A stretch of DNA of 32,000 nucleotides, taken from an uncultured Alphaproteobacteria bacterium. GTDB taxonomy: Bacteria > Pseudomonadota > Alphaproteobacteria > Rs-D84 > CACZYB01. The position numbers were made by a program, and so were the translations under genes. This document shows, in pieces, positions 1 through 7,784 of this stretch. Within the stretch, counting starts at the first letter, position 1. The number at the start of each line of letters is the position of its first letter. A model generated the notes under the pieces. That model saw only the letters and a program-made list of their open reading frames with translations, searched no databases and was not told where the DNA came from. The DNA is taken from the NCBI GenBank assembly GCA_934246625.1, contig CAKQHZ010000003.1:30001-62000 (forward strand), read 5' to 3'.

Positions 1-180
1 TCCGTGGAAATTTGCAAAAAATAGATTGCCATTTCTTTTTATTTCAATTTCGGGATTTTTGAATACAGAATATTCTCTTTCTTGAATTTTAGGAGCGATT
101 TTTTCATTTACGCATTTAACAGCTTCTGCAAAATCAAAATTTGCATTTTTTTCATAATTTGTTTTTATATCAATTTTCAT
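1..180 (-). CDS. hypothetical protein, N-terminal part only (continues past window start)
   Basis: Reverse-strand ATG at 178-180 with an AAAGGTG RBS 5 nt upstream. Reads MKIDIKTNYEKNANFDFAEAVKCVNEKIAPKIQ... and stays open to position 1. Absent from the ORF track because there is no stop in the window. No family recognised. Confidence 0.4.
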   Translation of the reverse strand, partial: MKIDIKTNYEKNANFDFAEAVKCVNEKIAPKIQEREYSVFKNPEIEIKRNGNLFFANFHG

Positions 181-322
181 AATAACACCTTTCTTTTTAA
201 CAATAATAAAGATATTTTACCCATATATTTTTATTTGTCAATAGTCTCAAAGAAAAATAATTGACAAACTTTACGAATATGTTAATTTAAAATACAAAGA
301 ATAATTAAATAAGGGGTGCAAA

Positions 323-538
323 ATGAAAAAAAGCCACAATATCATCTCATCAAAAGATATTTCAGAAATGCTTAATGCAATTAAATCTCAAAACAAAGAT
401 AAAAAAATCGAAAATATCCATTTGCATTTTAAAAACATTAATGGAAAGTGCAGTCTTTCTGCTGATGGTGAATTTGATGGAGTTTTTAAAGAATATGAGT
501 TTTTTAATAATGTGTTAAAGGAAGTTAAACAACGATAA
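323..538 (+). CDS. small hypothetical protein (71 aa)
   Basis: ORF track. AAGGGGTG RBS before the ATG, TTGACA (261-266) plus TAATTT promoter-like hexamers upstream, hairpin terminator immediately downstream. No family recognised. Confidence 0.5.
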   Translation: MKKSHNIISSKDISEMLNAIKSQNKDKKIENIHLHFKNINGKCSLSADGEFDGVFKEYEFFNNVLKEVKQR

Positions 539-566
539 AAAATCCCCTATAAAGGGGACTTTTTTT
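537..566. terminator. bidirectional rho-independent terminator
   Basis: Stem TCCCCT (543-548) / AGGGGA (553-558) with loop ATAA, flanked by an A-run upstream and a T-run (560-566) downstream. Sits between the convergent genes 323-538(+) and rpiB(-). Confidence 0.7.
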
Positions 567-996
567 ATGACATTTTTTCAATTCTTCGTTTATGACGTTC
601 CTCATTTGAAAAGGGGGTTGTCAAAAAAGCTGTTAAAAAATCAAGATTTTCCTTATTTGTAAAACTTCTTGCACCAAGGACAGCAACATTTGCATCATTA
701 TGTTCCCTTGAAAGTCTTGCTACTTCTGGACTATAAAGCAAAGATGCACGAATATGCTTATATCTGTTAATTGCAATACTCATTCCAACACCAGTCCCAC
801 AAATAAGAACACCAATATAATTTGGATTTTGTTCTATATATTTTGCCATTTTTTCTGCAATGTCAGGATAATCACAAGAATCTTTTGATTCTGTTCCAAC
901 ATCTTTTACATTATATCCTTCATCAGTCAAATAAGATTTTAAAAATTCCTTTAAATCAAAGCCAGCGTGATCAGAACCAATAACAATATTTTTCAT
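565..996 (-). CDS. rpiB: ribose-5-phosphate isomerase B (RpiB/LacA/LacB family)
   Basis: 143 aa. IVIGSDHAGFDLKE N-terminus, LICGTGVGMSIAINR core, REHNDANVAVLGAR and a C-terminal ...RHKRRIEKM, typical of RpiB. Confidence 0.9.
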   Translation of the reverse strand: MKNIVIGSDHAGFDLKEFLKSYLTDEGYNVKDVGTESKDSCDYPDIAEKMAKYIEQNPNYIGVLICGTGVGMSIAINRYKHIRASLLYSPEVARLSREHNDANVAVLGARSFTNKENLDFLTAFLTTPFSNEERHKRRIEKMS

Positions 997-1006
997 TATG
1001 CCTCCT

Positions 1007-1345
1007 TTAATCGCGTTTTTGTTTTAAATCTCCATTTATAAAGGCTCCATTTTCTATTGAAATATCCTTATGATAAATGTTGCCATTTATTCTTGCACTT
1101 GAGCCAAGATAAACTGATGTCGCATTTATATTTCCTTCAATATTTCCATGAACGACAATTTTTTCTACTTGGATAGAAGAGCTTTTAATTTTACCATTTA
1201 TTCCAACAATAAGAGTTTTACAAATAACATCACCTTCGATTGTTCCATCGACATAGATTTCAGATTCAGATTGAACCAACCCCTTTACATACATAGAGCT
1301 ACTTATCAAACTTGATGGTGTAATTTTTTTTGAAAATCCAAACAT
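1007..1345 (-). CDS. bactofilin (polymer-forming cytoskeletal protein, DUF583)
   Basis: 112 aa. N-terminal MFGFSKK resembles the bactofilin membrane-targeting peptide. Repetitive beta-helix pattern (VDGTIEGDV, IVGINGKI, VHGNIEGNI, ARINGNI, AFINGDL). Confidence 0.85.
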   Translation of the reverse strand: MFGFSKKITPSSLISSSMYVKGLVQSESEIYVDGTIEGDVICKTLIVGINGKIKSSSIQVEKIVVHGNIEGNINATSVYLGSSARINGNIYHKDISIENGAFINGDLKQKRD

Positions 1346-1356
1346 TTTATACCCCT

Positions 1357-2670
1357 TTATTTATTTTCGACTTTTACAAAAGCATAAGGATTTAATGCTC
1401 TTTTATTATGTCTTAATTCATAGTGAAGATGGGTGCCAGTGCTTCGTCCAGTAGAACCCGCAAGCCCAACTTTTGTTCCTTCTTCTATAATATCACCTTT
1501 TTTCACACTAACTTTACTTAAATGTCCGTAAAGAGTTGTAAAGCCCAAGCCATGGTCAACTTCCACTGCAAGACCATAATCACCACGAGGTCCAGCCTGA
1601 ATAACCTTACCAGATGCAGTTGCGTAAAGAGGAGTTCCCATTTTACCACCAAAATCAATACCAGTGTGCATAGCAGGAGTTTTCAAGAATGGGTCTGCTC
1701 TTACTCCAAATGGAGATGTAATTCTTATTCTTGTTTTCACAGGAGCACCAAGAGGAAGCATCTTTGTTGCCTTTGCCAAACCTTCCCAAAGATTTACCTT
1801 TATATTTGCATTTTTAAATTTTTGATTTAATTCTTCATCTGAAAGTTCAATGTTTTTAAGTGGAATATATTTGCCACCCAAACCTTCTTCTGATTCTTGT
1901 TGAACTTTTTTAATCAAAGTATTTCGATTTTTAAGCCTTACTTGTGAAAGAATAATATCAATTTTACTTAAAGTTTTTTCAAATTCATCAATTTTATCTT
2001 CGGCAAGAATTGTAATTTTATCAATCAAATTGTTTTGAAGTTCACGCATATTATTTAATGAAGTTTCCAATTTATTATTGCGTTCTTTAAGAAATATATT
2101 TTCATTAAGCACAACATTTTTTTCAAGTTCATTTTTTGTTGTTTTATACACAGGGTCCTTTATATCAACATTTGCCCAAGAAATTCCCTTTGTAAAATCA
2201 TTAAGTGAAGAATTTACATATTTTAATTCGGTTGAAAGAAGTAATTGATTTTTTATAAGGTTGTCTTTTTCAAGTTTTGTTAATGTTTCATTTTTTTCAA
2301 GTAAAGATATTACATTTTTTTGAGAATTTTCAATTTTTTTATTTATTGATTCGATAGTATCACGATAAGCACGTATATCAATAATAGTTTTATTAAATTT
2401 ATTCCTTGCATCTTGGATTTGCCTATCTTTTTCCTTTAATATTTCGGAATTAAGTAAATAAAATTTGCTTGTATATATCGACCAATATATTCCACCTGTA
2501 ATTATAACAAATAATGTAAATTGAAGAATAGGTGATATATGATAAAAATTTAGCTTTCCACGTTTGTTTGTGATAAACACACGTTCTTTAAAAATAATAT
2601 GAAATAAAATATTAAGATGTTCAAAAAAAGTTTTTTTATTTGGGTCTTTTTTTAGTATTACTTTTTTCAA
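1357..2670 (-). CDS. bitopic membrane M23 (LytM-domain) metalloendopeptidase with long coiled-coil region (LmdC-like)
   Basis: C-terminal M23 motifs are intact (HTGIDFGG..., GHLSK, STGTHLHYELR). A hydrophobic segment FTLFVIITGGIYWSIY follows a ~50-aa basic N-terminus, then a K/E/N-rich heptad-like region. I prefer the TTG at 2668-2670, which has AAGGAG 6 nt upstream, over the ORF-track TTG at 2718, which has no RBS. Confidence 0.85.
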   Translation of the reverse strand: MKKVILKKDPNKKTFFEHLNILFHIIFKERVFITNKRGKLNFYHISPILQFTLFVIITGGIYWSIYTSKFYLLNSEILKEKDRQIQDARNKFNKTIIDIRAYRDTIESINKKIENSQKNVISLLEKNETLTKLEKDNLIKNQLLLSTELKYVNSSLNDFTKGISWANVDIKDPVYKTTKNELEKNVVLNENIFLKERNNKLETSLNNMRELQNNLIDKITILAEDKIDEFEKTLSKIDIILSQVRLKNRNTLIKKVQQESEEGLGGKYIPLKNIELSDEELNQKFKNANIKVNLWEGLAKATKMLPLGAPVKTRIRITSPFGVRADPFLKTPAMHTGIDFGGKMGTPLYATASGKVIQAGPRGDYGLAVEVDHGLGFTTLYGHLSKVSVKKGDIIEEGTKVGLAGSTGRSTGTHLHYELRHNKRALNPYAFVKVENK

Positions 2671-2732
2671 TTTAGTCTCCTTATATACTAAGTATATAGG
2701 ATAATCCTTATAAATCAAGCATAATTTCTATT

Positions 2733-3668
2733 CTATTGAACAGATTGTTTATCTGGATAAAAAGTAAAGATTATATTCTTCCAATCTTGATAATATTCAG
2801 CAGGAAGATTGTATGGATTACATACGATAAGGGCTCTTCTTGCACTTTCTGCAACGGCAATAAACGAAGGAGAAGAGTTGCTATCTTGGTTTAAAATTTC
2901 AATATCATTTATATTTCCATCTGGAGCAATAGTTGTTTTAATAACTATTTTCATATTTTTAATATCCTTTGCTCCTGGGTCAATATTCCAACATGAGCGA
3001 AGTTTTATTCTTATTGCATCAATGTATGAAATTGATAATTGCTTTCTTAAATAATCTGCGGTTGAATTTTCCTGATATGATTGAGTTTTTGTATCAATAA
3101 CAGATGCGGAAATTCCTTTTTTCACTTCTGAAAAAACTTCTTCTTTTTGTTTTTTTTCTTTTTCTTGTTTTATTCCATCAACAGATGCAAGCAAATCATT
3201 TAACGAACCAATTCGTTCTTCGGCAAGATTTTTTTGCTTTTCATCAATCTTTTGTTTTGGTTCATTTTTTGATTTTGTTTGTGTTTCTGTAATCAAATCA
3301 CTTGATTCTGATTTTGTATTTTCAGTTACAACTTCCTTTTCTTGCACTTGTTCCTTTGCAACAACCTTTTGTTCAACAGGAGCATTGTAATCACTTGATT
3401 TTTTAGGAGTTGTATTAGCCTTTATTTCCTTTGAAGGAGCAGGGGGTAAAATAGTTTTTTTACTTACGATTGCATTGTCTAAATCTATGATAATAGGTTC
3501 ATTTTCGCCATGTTTAGGAAGAAAAACATTTAATTGAATATGTGGAGTTATCATTATCAATGTCAAAATAAAAATGTGAATTATCACAGAAATAATCAAT
3601 CCATCTTTAAGCAAAGGTGGAATAGAATTTACAGCATTAAAAGAGGTAAAACTGAAATGCTTTTTCAC
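2733..3668 (-). CDS. tolA: TolA-like cell envelope integrity protein
   Basis: N-terminal TM (LIISVIIHIFILTLIMI), long K/E/Q-rich linker, and a C-terminal TolA/TonB-C-like domain (SYIDAIRIKLRSCWNIDPGA...DGNINDIEIL...ARRAL). Lies immediately downstream of tolQ-tolR. Confidence 0.7.
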   Translation of the reverse strand: MKKHFSFTSFNAVNSIPPLLKDGLIISVIIHIFILTLIMITPHIQLNVFLPKHGENEPIIIDLDNAIVSKKTILPPAPSKEIKANTTPKKSSDYNAPVEQKVVAKEQVQEKEVVTENTKSESSDLITETQTKSKNEPKQKIDEKQKNLAEERIGSLNDLLASVDGIKQEKEKKQKEEVFSEVKKGISASVIDTKTQSYQENSTADYLRKQLSISYIDAIRIKLRSCWNIDPGAKDIKNMKIVIKTTIAPDGNINDIEILNQDSNSSPSFIAVAESARRALIVCNPYNLPAEYYQDWKNIIFTFYPDKQSVQ

Positions 3669-3672
3669 AAAT

Positions 3673-4095
3673 TTATCCTTTTTTATTTACCACAGGGTCG
3701 GTTTTAAGCCCGACTTTTTTAAGTCCCATATTTTTCAAATACCCCATTACTTCAATAACTTTTCCATATTGAGTTTTTGTATCACCACTTATCACAACAG
3801 ACATAGACGGATTTTGTTTAAGCATAGATTGAAGTTTGGTTTTTAATTTAGTTTGTGCAATTTTTTCCTTTCCAATAAAAATATTTCCATTTTTATCAAT
3901 CGTAATGTTAACAGCCTTTTCTGCCCCTTCAATAGCAGTTTTTCCACCCTTTGGAAGATTGACACTCATTCCAGTTGTAAGCATAGGAGCAGTAACCATA
4001 AACACAGACATCAAAATACACATCACATCAATCATAGATGTCAAATTGATTTCAGGTTTCGTCTGGCCGTATTTTTTATATTTTTTCACAAACAT
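3673..4095 (-). CDS. tolR: TolR (ExbD/TolR family)
   Basis: 140 aa. The INLTSMIDVMCILMSVFMVTAP motif is typical of ExbD/TolR. Lies between the tolQ-like and tolA-like genes. Confidence 0.8.
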   Translation of the reverse strand: MFVKKYKKYGQTKPEINLTSMIDVMCILMSVFMVTAPMLTTGMSVNLPKGGKTAIEGAEKAVNITIDKNGNIFIGKEKIAQTKLKTKLQSMLKQNPSMSVVISGDTKTQYGKVIEVMGYLKNMGLKKVGLKTDPVVNKKG

Positions 4096-4104
4096 TTACA
4101 TATC

Positions 4105-4803
4105 CTAATTATTGATATTTTCATCTATTTGACGAGAAATAATAGCAGTAAATTCTCCAGCAAAAGCCTCCAACTTCATAACATACTTTGTTAAATCTCC
4201 AGTAATTTTGTTATATCCAATAACCGCAGGAATTGCCACAATCAATCCCAAAGCTGTAGTTGATAAAGCAGTTGCAATTCCAGGGGCAATCACACCCAAA
4301 GTTGTGCTTTGACTTGCACCAATAGCAGAAAAACTTGTCATAATACCCCAAATTGTTCCAAATAATCCAACAAGAGGAGCAATACTTCCAATCATAGAAA
4401 GGAAATCGATACGTTCTTCTAATTTACCGACTTCTTTTTCAATAGTAATAGTCATAACACGGTCAATACGTTGATGAAGGTTCATTGTCTTTGACCCATT
4501 GTTTTTTGAACGAAGAAGAGGTGAAGATTTTTTCCATTCCTTCATCGCAGAAATAAATACCAAAGACATAGGGTCTGATGCCTTTGATTTTATTGAATTA
4601 AAAAGTTCGTCCAAAGAACCGCCACTCCAAAACTTTCTTTCAAAAATATCACCAGCAAGTTTTATTTTTTTGATAAAAAATACCTTTTCAATAATAATAG
4701 CCCATGAATAAATTGATGCAATTACCATAAGTATTGATGTAAGTCTTGTCATCAAATCAGAATCTGTAAATAAACTAAACAATGAAAATGTAGATGGTTG
4801 CAT
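4105..4803 (-). CDS. tolQ: TolQ (MotA/TolQ/ExbB proton channel family)
   Basis: 232 aa with three TM segments and the conserved C-terminal half (GSIAPLVGLFGTIWGIM...GVIAPGIATALSTTALGLIVAIPAV). Confidence 0.85.
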   Translation of the reverse strand: MQPSTFSLFSLFTDSDLMTRLTSILMVIASIYSWAIIIEKVFFIKKIKLAGDIFERKFWSGGSLDELFNSIKSKASDPMSLVFISAMKEWKKSSPLLRSKNNGSKTMNLHQRIDRVMTITIEKEVGKLEERIDFLSMIGSIAPLVGLFGTIWGIMTSFSAIGASQSTTLGVIAPGIATALSTTALGLIVAIPAVIGYNKITGDLTKYVMKLEAFAGEFTAIISRQIDENINN

Positions 4804-4887
4804 ATTAACACTCCTATATTATAAATAATATAATCTTTTTACTTCCTTTTAATTATAAACACAAGAGAAAAATTTGTTTATTTTGGA

Positions 4888-4917
4888 TAAAATAAAACCC
4901 CTTACAAAACGAAGGGG
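4888..4917 (-). terminator. rho-independent terminator after the 509-aa secreted-protein gene
   Basis: Stem CCCCTT (4898-4903) / AAGGGG (4912-4917), followed on the minus strand by a U-rich run (4891-4897). It starts about 24 nt after the stop at 4941. Confidence 0.65.
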
Positions 4918-4940
4918 TCTTTATTAAATATATTGTTTTT

Positions 4941-6470
4941 TTAGTTTGCTTGCCATGCATATCCAGCAGCACAAATTGGTCGACAACCACGTGGGGTTTC
5001 TGAATTTGCAGTGTTTTGACATTGAGCAACTGTTTGGTTTGCGGTGCAATATGGTGAACCATTTGCTTTTATACCATCACCAAAATATCCGTCATTACAT
5101 ACACAATTTTTTGTCTTAGCTATGTATGTAGCATTTTCATCGCAATCACTTGCTGATAAAGTTGTTACTTGAGTGCATGAATTTACACCATCTCCTGTAA
5201 AGCCAGATTTACATACACAAGAGCCATTTACAAGTTCGGCATTTGTTGCACAATTCAAAGTGCAAATAAATCCAGAACCAGAGTAATTTGCATTACATAC
5301 ACATTCTTTTGTATCAGCTTTGAATGTAGCATTGGCATCACAATCAGAAGCGGTTGTAAGTTTTTTACATTTCAAACCTTTACCATTGCTTGTATCTTCA
5401 TATCCAGAAGGGCAAGAGCAAGATTTTGTTCCAGAATTATATTTAGCAACAGAATCGCAAGGTGTACACTTTGGCTCACCATTTTCCAAAACAAAGATTT
5501 GATTTTCTGGACATGGTAATTTACAGGAAGCAACTCCCTTTGAACCAGCAGCAGAATAAAGTCCAGTTGCACATTGTTTACATTCTATACTAATAGATGG
5601 ATTTGATGCCAAAGGTTCCGCATATCCATTTTCAAGACATTCAAACATAAAAGCATCATCATCAGCAATATCCCAACTTCTTGTATTTTCATCACCAGTA
5701 ACATTTCTTGATGTAGAGTAAGCAGGAGCAATACAAGTTTCTTGGGTATTAGGGTGGATAAATTCCTTATTTAAATTTCTTTCAACTATTGCATTAAGAG
5801 GACAGATTTCAGAAACTCCAACACAAATTTTTATATTGTTAACTTCGGCTGGCACATAACCAGTTTTACATTTGAAATAGTATGCATCATTTGCCTTTAT
5901 CCAACTTGGAAGAACAGTCATATCAGAAGCATAAGAAGATACCTTTGCTTTTTCCCAAAGGAGTGCTTCAACCAAATCATCTTCTTGAGGAGTGCAACTT
6001 TTATTTTTTTGATAATAATAAGCATAAGTTTCAGCACCATCAGAATTTGTTCCACTTGCTTTTCGTGATAAAACTTTACCAACAGGACACCAATTTACTT
6101 TTCCTGTTTTTTGAGGGGTTGTAGTTGTTTGGCGAGTTGCATTTTGTGTTGATGCAATGCTTCCACGAGAAAACATACGATTCCTTTTAGATGAAGTTGT
6201 CGCAGCACGTCTTGTATTACCTCGTCCAGTAGTTGCGGCACGTCTTGTATTACCGCGTCCAGTAGTTGCGGCACGTCTTGTATTTCCACGACCAGTTGTT
6301 GCGGCACGTCTTGTATTTCCACGATTATTTCGTGAAGTTGAAGCTGCACGTTTAGTATTGCTTCTTGTTGAGGCCTGTCTTTTTCTTGAAGGAGCAGAAT
6401 CTGCATTCTCCACAAAAACAGTTATCCCCATAAACAAGATTATCAAAATCGCAGTTATATATTTCCTCAT
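4941..6470 (-). CDS. secreted Arg-repeat / Cys-rich protein, paralogue A (509 aa), unknown family
   Basis: Signal-peptide-like N-terminus MRKYITAILIILFMGITVFVENADSA. Start taken at the ATG at 6468-6470 (GGAGAGG RBS 6 nt upstream) rather than the ORF-track 6485. Contains RRAATTGRGNT x3 plus degenerate copies, a middle domain shared with 6499-7707, and 24 Cys in the last 214 aa. Confidence 0.8.
   Translation of the reverse strand: MRKYITAILIILFMGITVFVENADSAPSRKRQASTRSNTKRAASTSRNNRGNTRRAATTGRGNTRRAATTGRGNTRRAATTGRGNTRRAATTSSKRNRMFSRGSIASTQNATRQTTTTPQKTGKVNWCPVGKVLSRKASGTNSDGAETYAYYYQKNKSCTPQEDDLVEALLWEKAKVSSYASDMTVLPSWIKANDAYYFKCKTGYVPAEVNNIKICVGVSEICPLNAIVERNLNKEFIHPNTQETCIAPAYSTSRNVTGDENTRSWDIADDDAFMFECLENGYAEPLASNPSISIECKQCATGLYSAAGSKGVASCKLPCPENQIFVLENGEPKCTPCDSVAKYNSGTKSCSCPSGYEDTSNGKGLKCKKLTTASDCDANATFKADTKECVCNANYSGSGFICTLNCATNAELVNGSCVCKSGFTGDGVNSCTQVTTLSASDCDENATYIAKTKNCVCNDGYFGDGIKANGSPYCTANQTVAQCQNTANSETPRGCRPICAAGYAWQAN
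6205..6336 (-). repeat. tandem 33-bp in-frame repeat (4 units, last degenerate) encoding RRAATTGRGNT
   Basis: Units at 6205-6237, 6238-6270, 6271-6303 and 6304-6336, all starting gcacgtcttgtat on the plus strand. Visibly more GC-rich than the flanks. Weaker copies extend to about 6375. Confidence 0.9.
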
Positions 6471-6498
6471 ATTTAACCTCTCCATAAAATAAAACTAT

Positions 6499-7707
6499 TT
6501 ATTTTGTTGTTTTTACTGCTTCTCCCATATCACTTATAGTTGAGAAATAAGCATATTTATGATTAGTGTTTTGAAAAATTTCATACATATTTTCATACAT
6601 ATTTTCTAAATTAGTTATCGAACTATTTGTATTTTGCAACATTATTCCCCAATTTGCAACAAATTCTTTATAGATCTCTGCAAACCATTCAGAATCCTCA
6701 ATACTAACAACATTATAAACATCTGTTTTAAAGCTAATAACCTTTGCTTTAAGGGCTTCTAATTTCTTATAATCATTACTATCATTTTTCAATGTTGCCA
6801 ATTTGTTATTTATTACTGAAAGTAAATTATCAGTTAATTTTATAAAGGTATTTCGGAAATCAATATCATAAATATCAACACAATTCTCTAAACCTACAGT
6901 TCCTTCTGTGTGAGTATATGGACTATATTCAGGACAAGCATAACAAACATTTGATGAGGAATCTTCATAGTAATTTTTATTACACATCATTTTGTATGCT
7001 ACATCAGCAGATATATCGGAACGGTCATTTTCTTCACTTGATAATTTTTTTACCATTGCAAAACTTGGAATGTCACAAATTTCATTTGTTGATGGGTTGA
7101 TATATCCCTTTGCAGTTTTTTCAAGTGTTTTTCCAAGTGGGCATAATGTAGATTCTTCTATACATATATTCATACCATTTTTTACTTGAGGAACATAGCC
7201 GGTATTACAATTAAATATCCAAACATGTTTTCCCGCTATCCAAGATGGTCTTGTTAAATTTTCTTCTATTTTAGAAGAATAAAGATCTGTTGTTCCAGTT
7301 GTATTTGATGGAGTTGTGCAAGTTTCAGTTTTTGATTTATAAAAAACATCATTACCATCATCATCAGTCATTTTTTTAATAACTACACCAATAGGACAAT
7401 TATTTTTTGAATCTTTTGTTTTTGAAGATGCAACACCACTTGTTCCACCAACACCAGCATTTCTAAGTAAACTTCTTCCACCAACTTGACGACGATTTGT
7501 CGCAGCACGTCTTGTGTTTCCTGTGCCAGTAGTTGCAGCACGTCTTGTATTACCGCGTCCAGTAGTTGCAGCACGTCTTGTATTTCCACGACCTGTTGTC
7601 GCCGCACGTTTTGAATTACCTGAACGTCTTTTTGCTGAATAGCATAAATCAGCAAATGAACTTACAAATAAAATAAATGCGAAAATATATTTACATAATT
7701 TTCTCAT
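6499..7707 (-). CDS. secreted Arg-repeat protein, paralogue B (402 aa), unknown family
   Basis: Signal-peptide-like MRKLCKYIFAFILFVSSFADLCYSA, with AAGGAG 6 nt before the ATG. Contains KRAATTGRGNT / RRAATTGRGNT / RRAATTGTGNT repeats. The middle domain aligns by eye with paralogue A (CPxG, PSWI, CxTGYVP, ICxxxSxxCPL, IxPxTxExC). Non-Cys, helical-looking C-terminus. Confidence 0.8.
   Translation of the reverse strand: MRKLCKYIFAFILFVSSFADLCYSAKRRSGNSKRAATTGRGNTRRAATTGRGNTRRAATTGTGNTRRAATNRRQVGGRSLLRNAGVGGTSGVASSKTKDSKNNCPIGVVIKKMTDDDGNDVFYKSKTETCTTPSNTTGTTDLYSSKIEENLTRPSWIAGKHVWIFNCNTGYVPQVKNGMNICIEESTLCPLGKTLEKTAKGYINPSTNEICDIPSFAMVKKLSSEENDRSDISADVAYKMMCNKNYYEDSSSNVCYACPEYSPYTHTEGTVGLENCVDIYDIDFRNTFIKLTDNLLSVINNKLATLKNDSNDYKKLEALKAKVISFKTDVYNVVSIEDSEWFAEIYKEFVANWGIMLQNTNSSITNLENMYENMYEIFQNTNHKYAYFSTISDMGEAVKTTK
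7505..7636 (-). repeat. tandem 33-bp in-frame repeat (3 good units plus 1 degenerate), same family as 6205-6336
   Basis: Units at 7505-7537, 7538-7570, 7571-7603 and 7604-7636. Unit 2 differs from unit 2 of paralogue A at only one base. Confidence 0.9.
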
Positions 7708-7742
7708 ATCGGTCTCCTTTATAATCCTTTTTATTCGTTTAA

Positions 7743-7771
7743 ATTATAAAATTTTATTTCAGGTTTGTAAA
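7743..7771 (-). promoter_or_regulatory. sigma70-like promoter for the paralogue B-A operon
   Basis: Minus strand reads TTTACA (7771-7766), a 17-nt spacer, then TATAAT (7748-7743), about 35 nt upstream of the ATG at 7707. Confidence 0.55.
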
Positions 7772-7784
7772 GGAAAATATAAAC

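Noticed and set aside
1522-1830. Plus-strand ORFs antisense to long minus-strand genes (1522-1830, 2809-3054, 3104-3292, 3836-4194, 4499-4711, 7807-8272, 10506-10769, 12197-12880, 13310-13732)
   Set aside because: All are nested antisense within well-supported genes (M23, tolA, tolR, tolQ, dnaE, secA). They have low-complexity translations and no translation signals.
4853-5062. 69-aa minus-strand ORF overlapping the 3' end of paralogue A and its terminator
   Set aside because: It is out of frame with the supported gene, spans the terminator hairpin, and has no RBS.
6095-6492. ORFs 6095-6415(-) and 6157-6492(+), and 7383-7655(-), with repetitive translations (VVAARLVLPRP..., EIQDVPQLL...)
   Set aside because: They are alternative-frame readings of the 33-bp tandem repeats. 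The frame with a signal peptide, an RBS and a conserved paralogous domain is the real one.
6205-7636. Whether the 33-bp direct repeats could be a CRISPR array
   Set aside because: The repeats are contiguous with no spacers, are in frame inside a coding sequence, encode a conserved peptide unit, and have no cas genes nearby.
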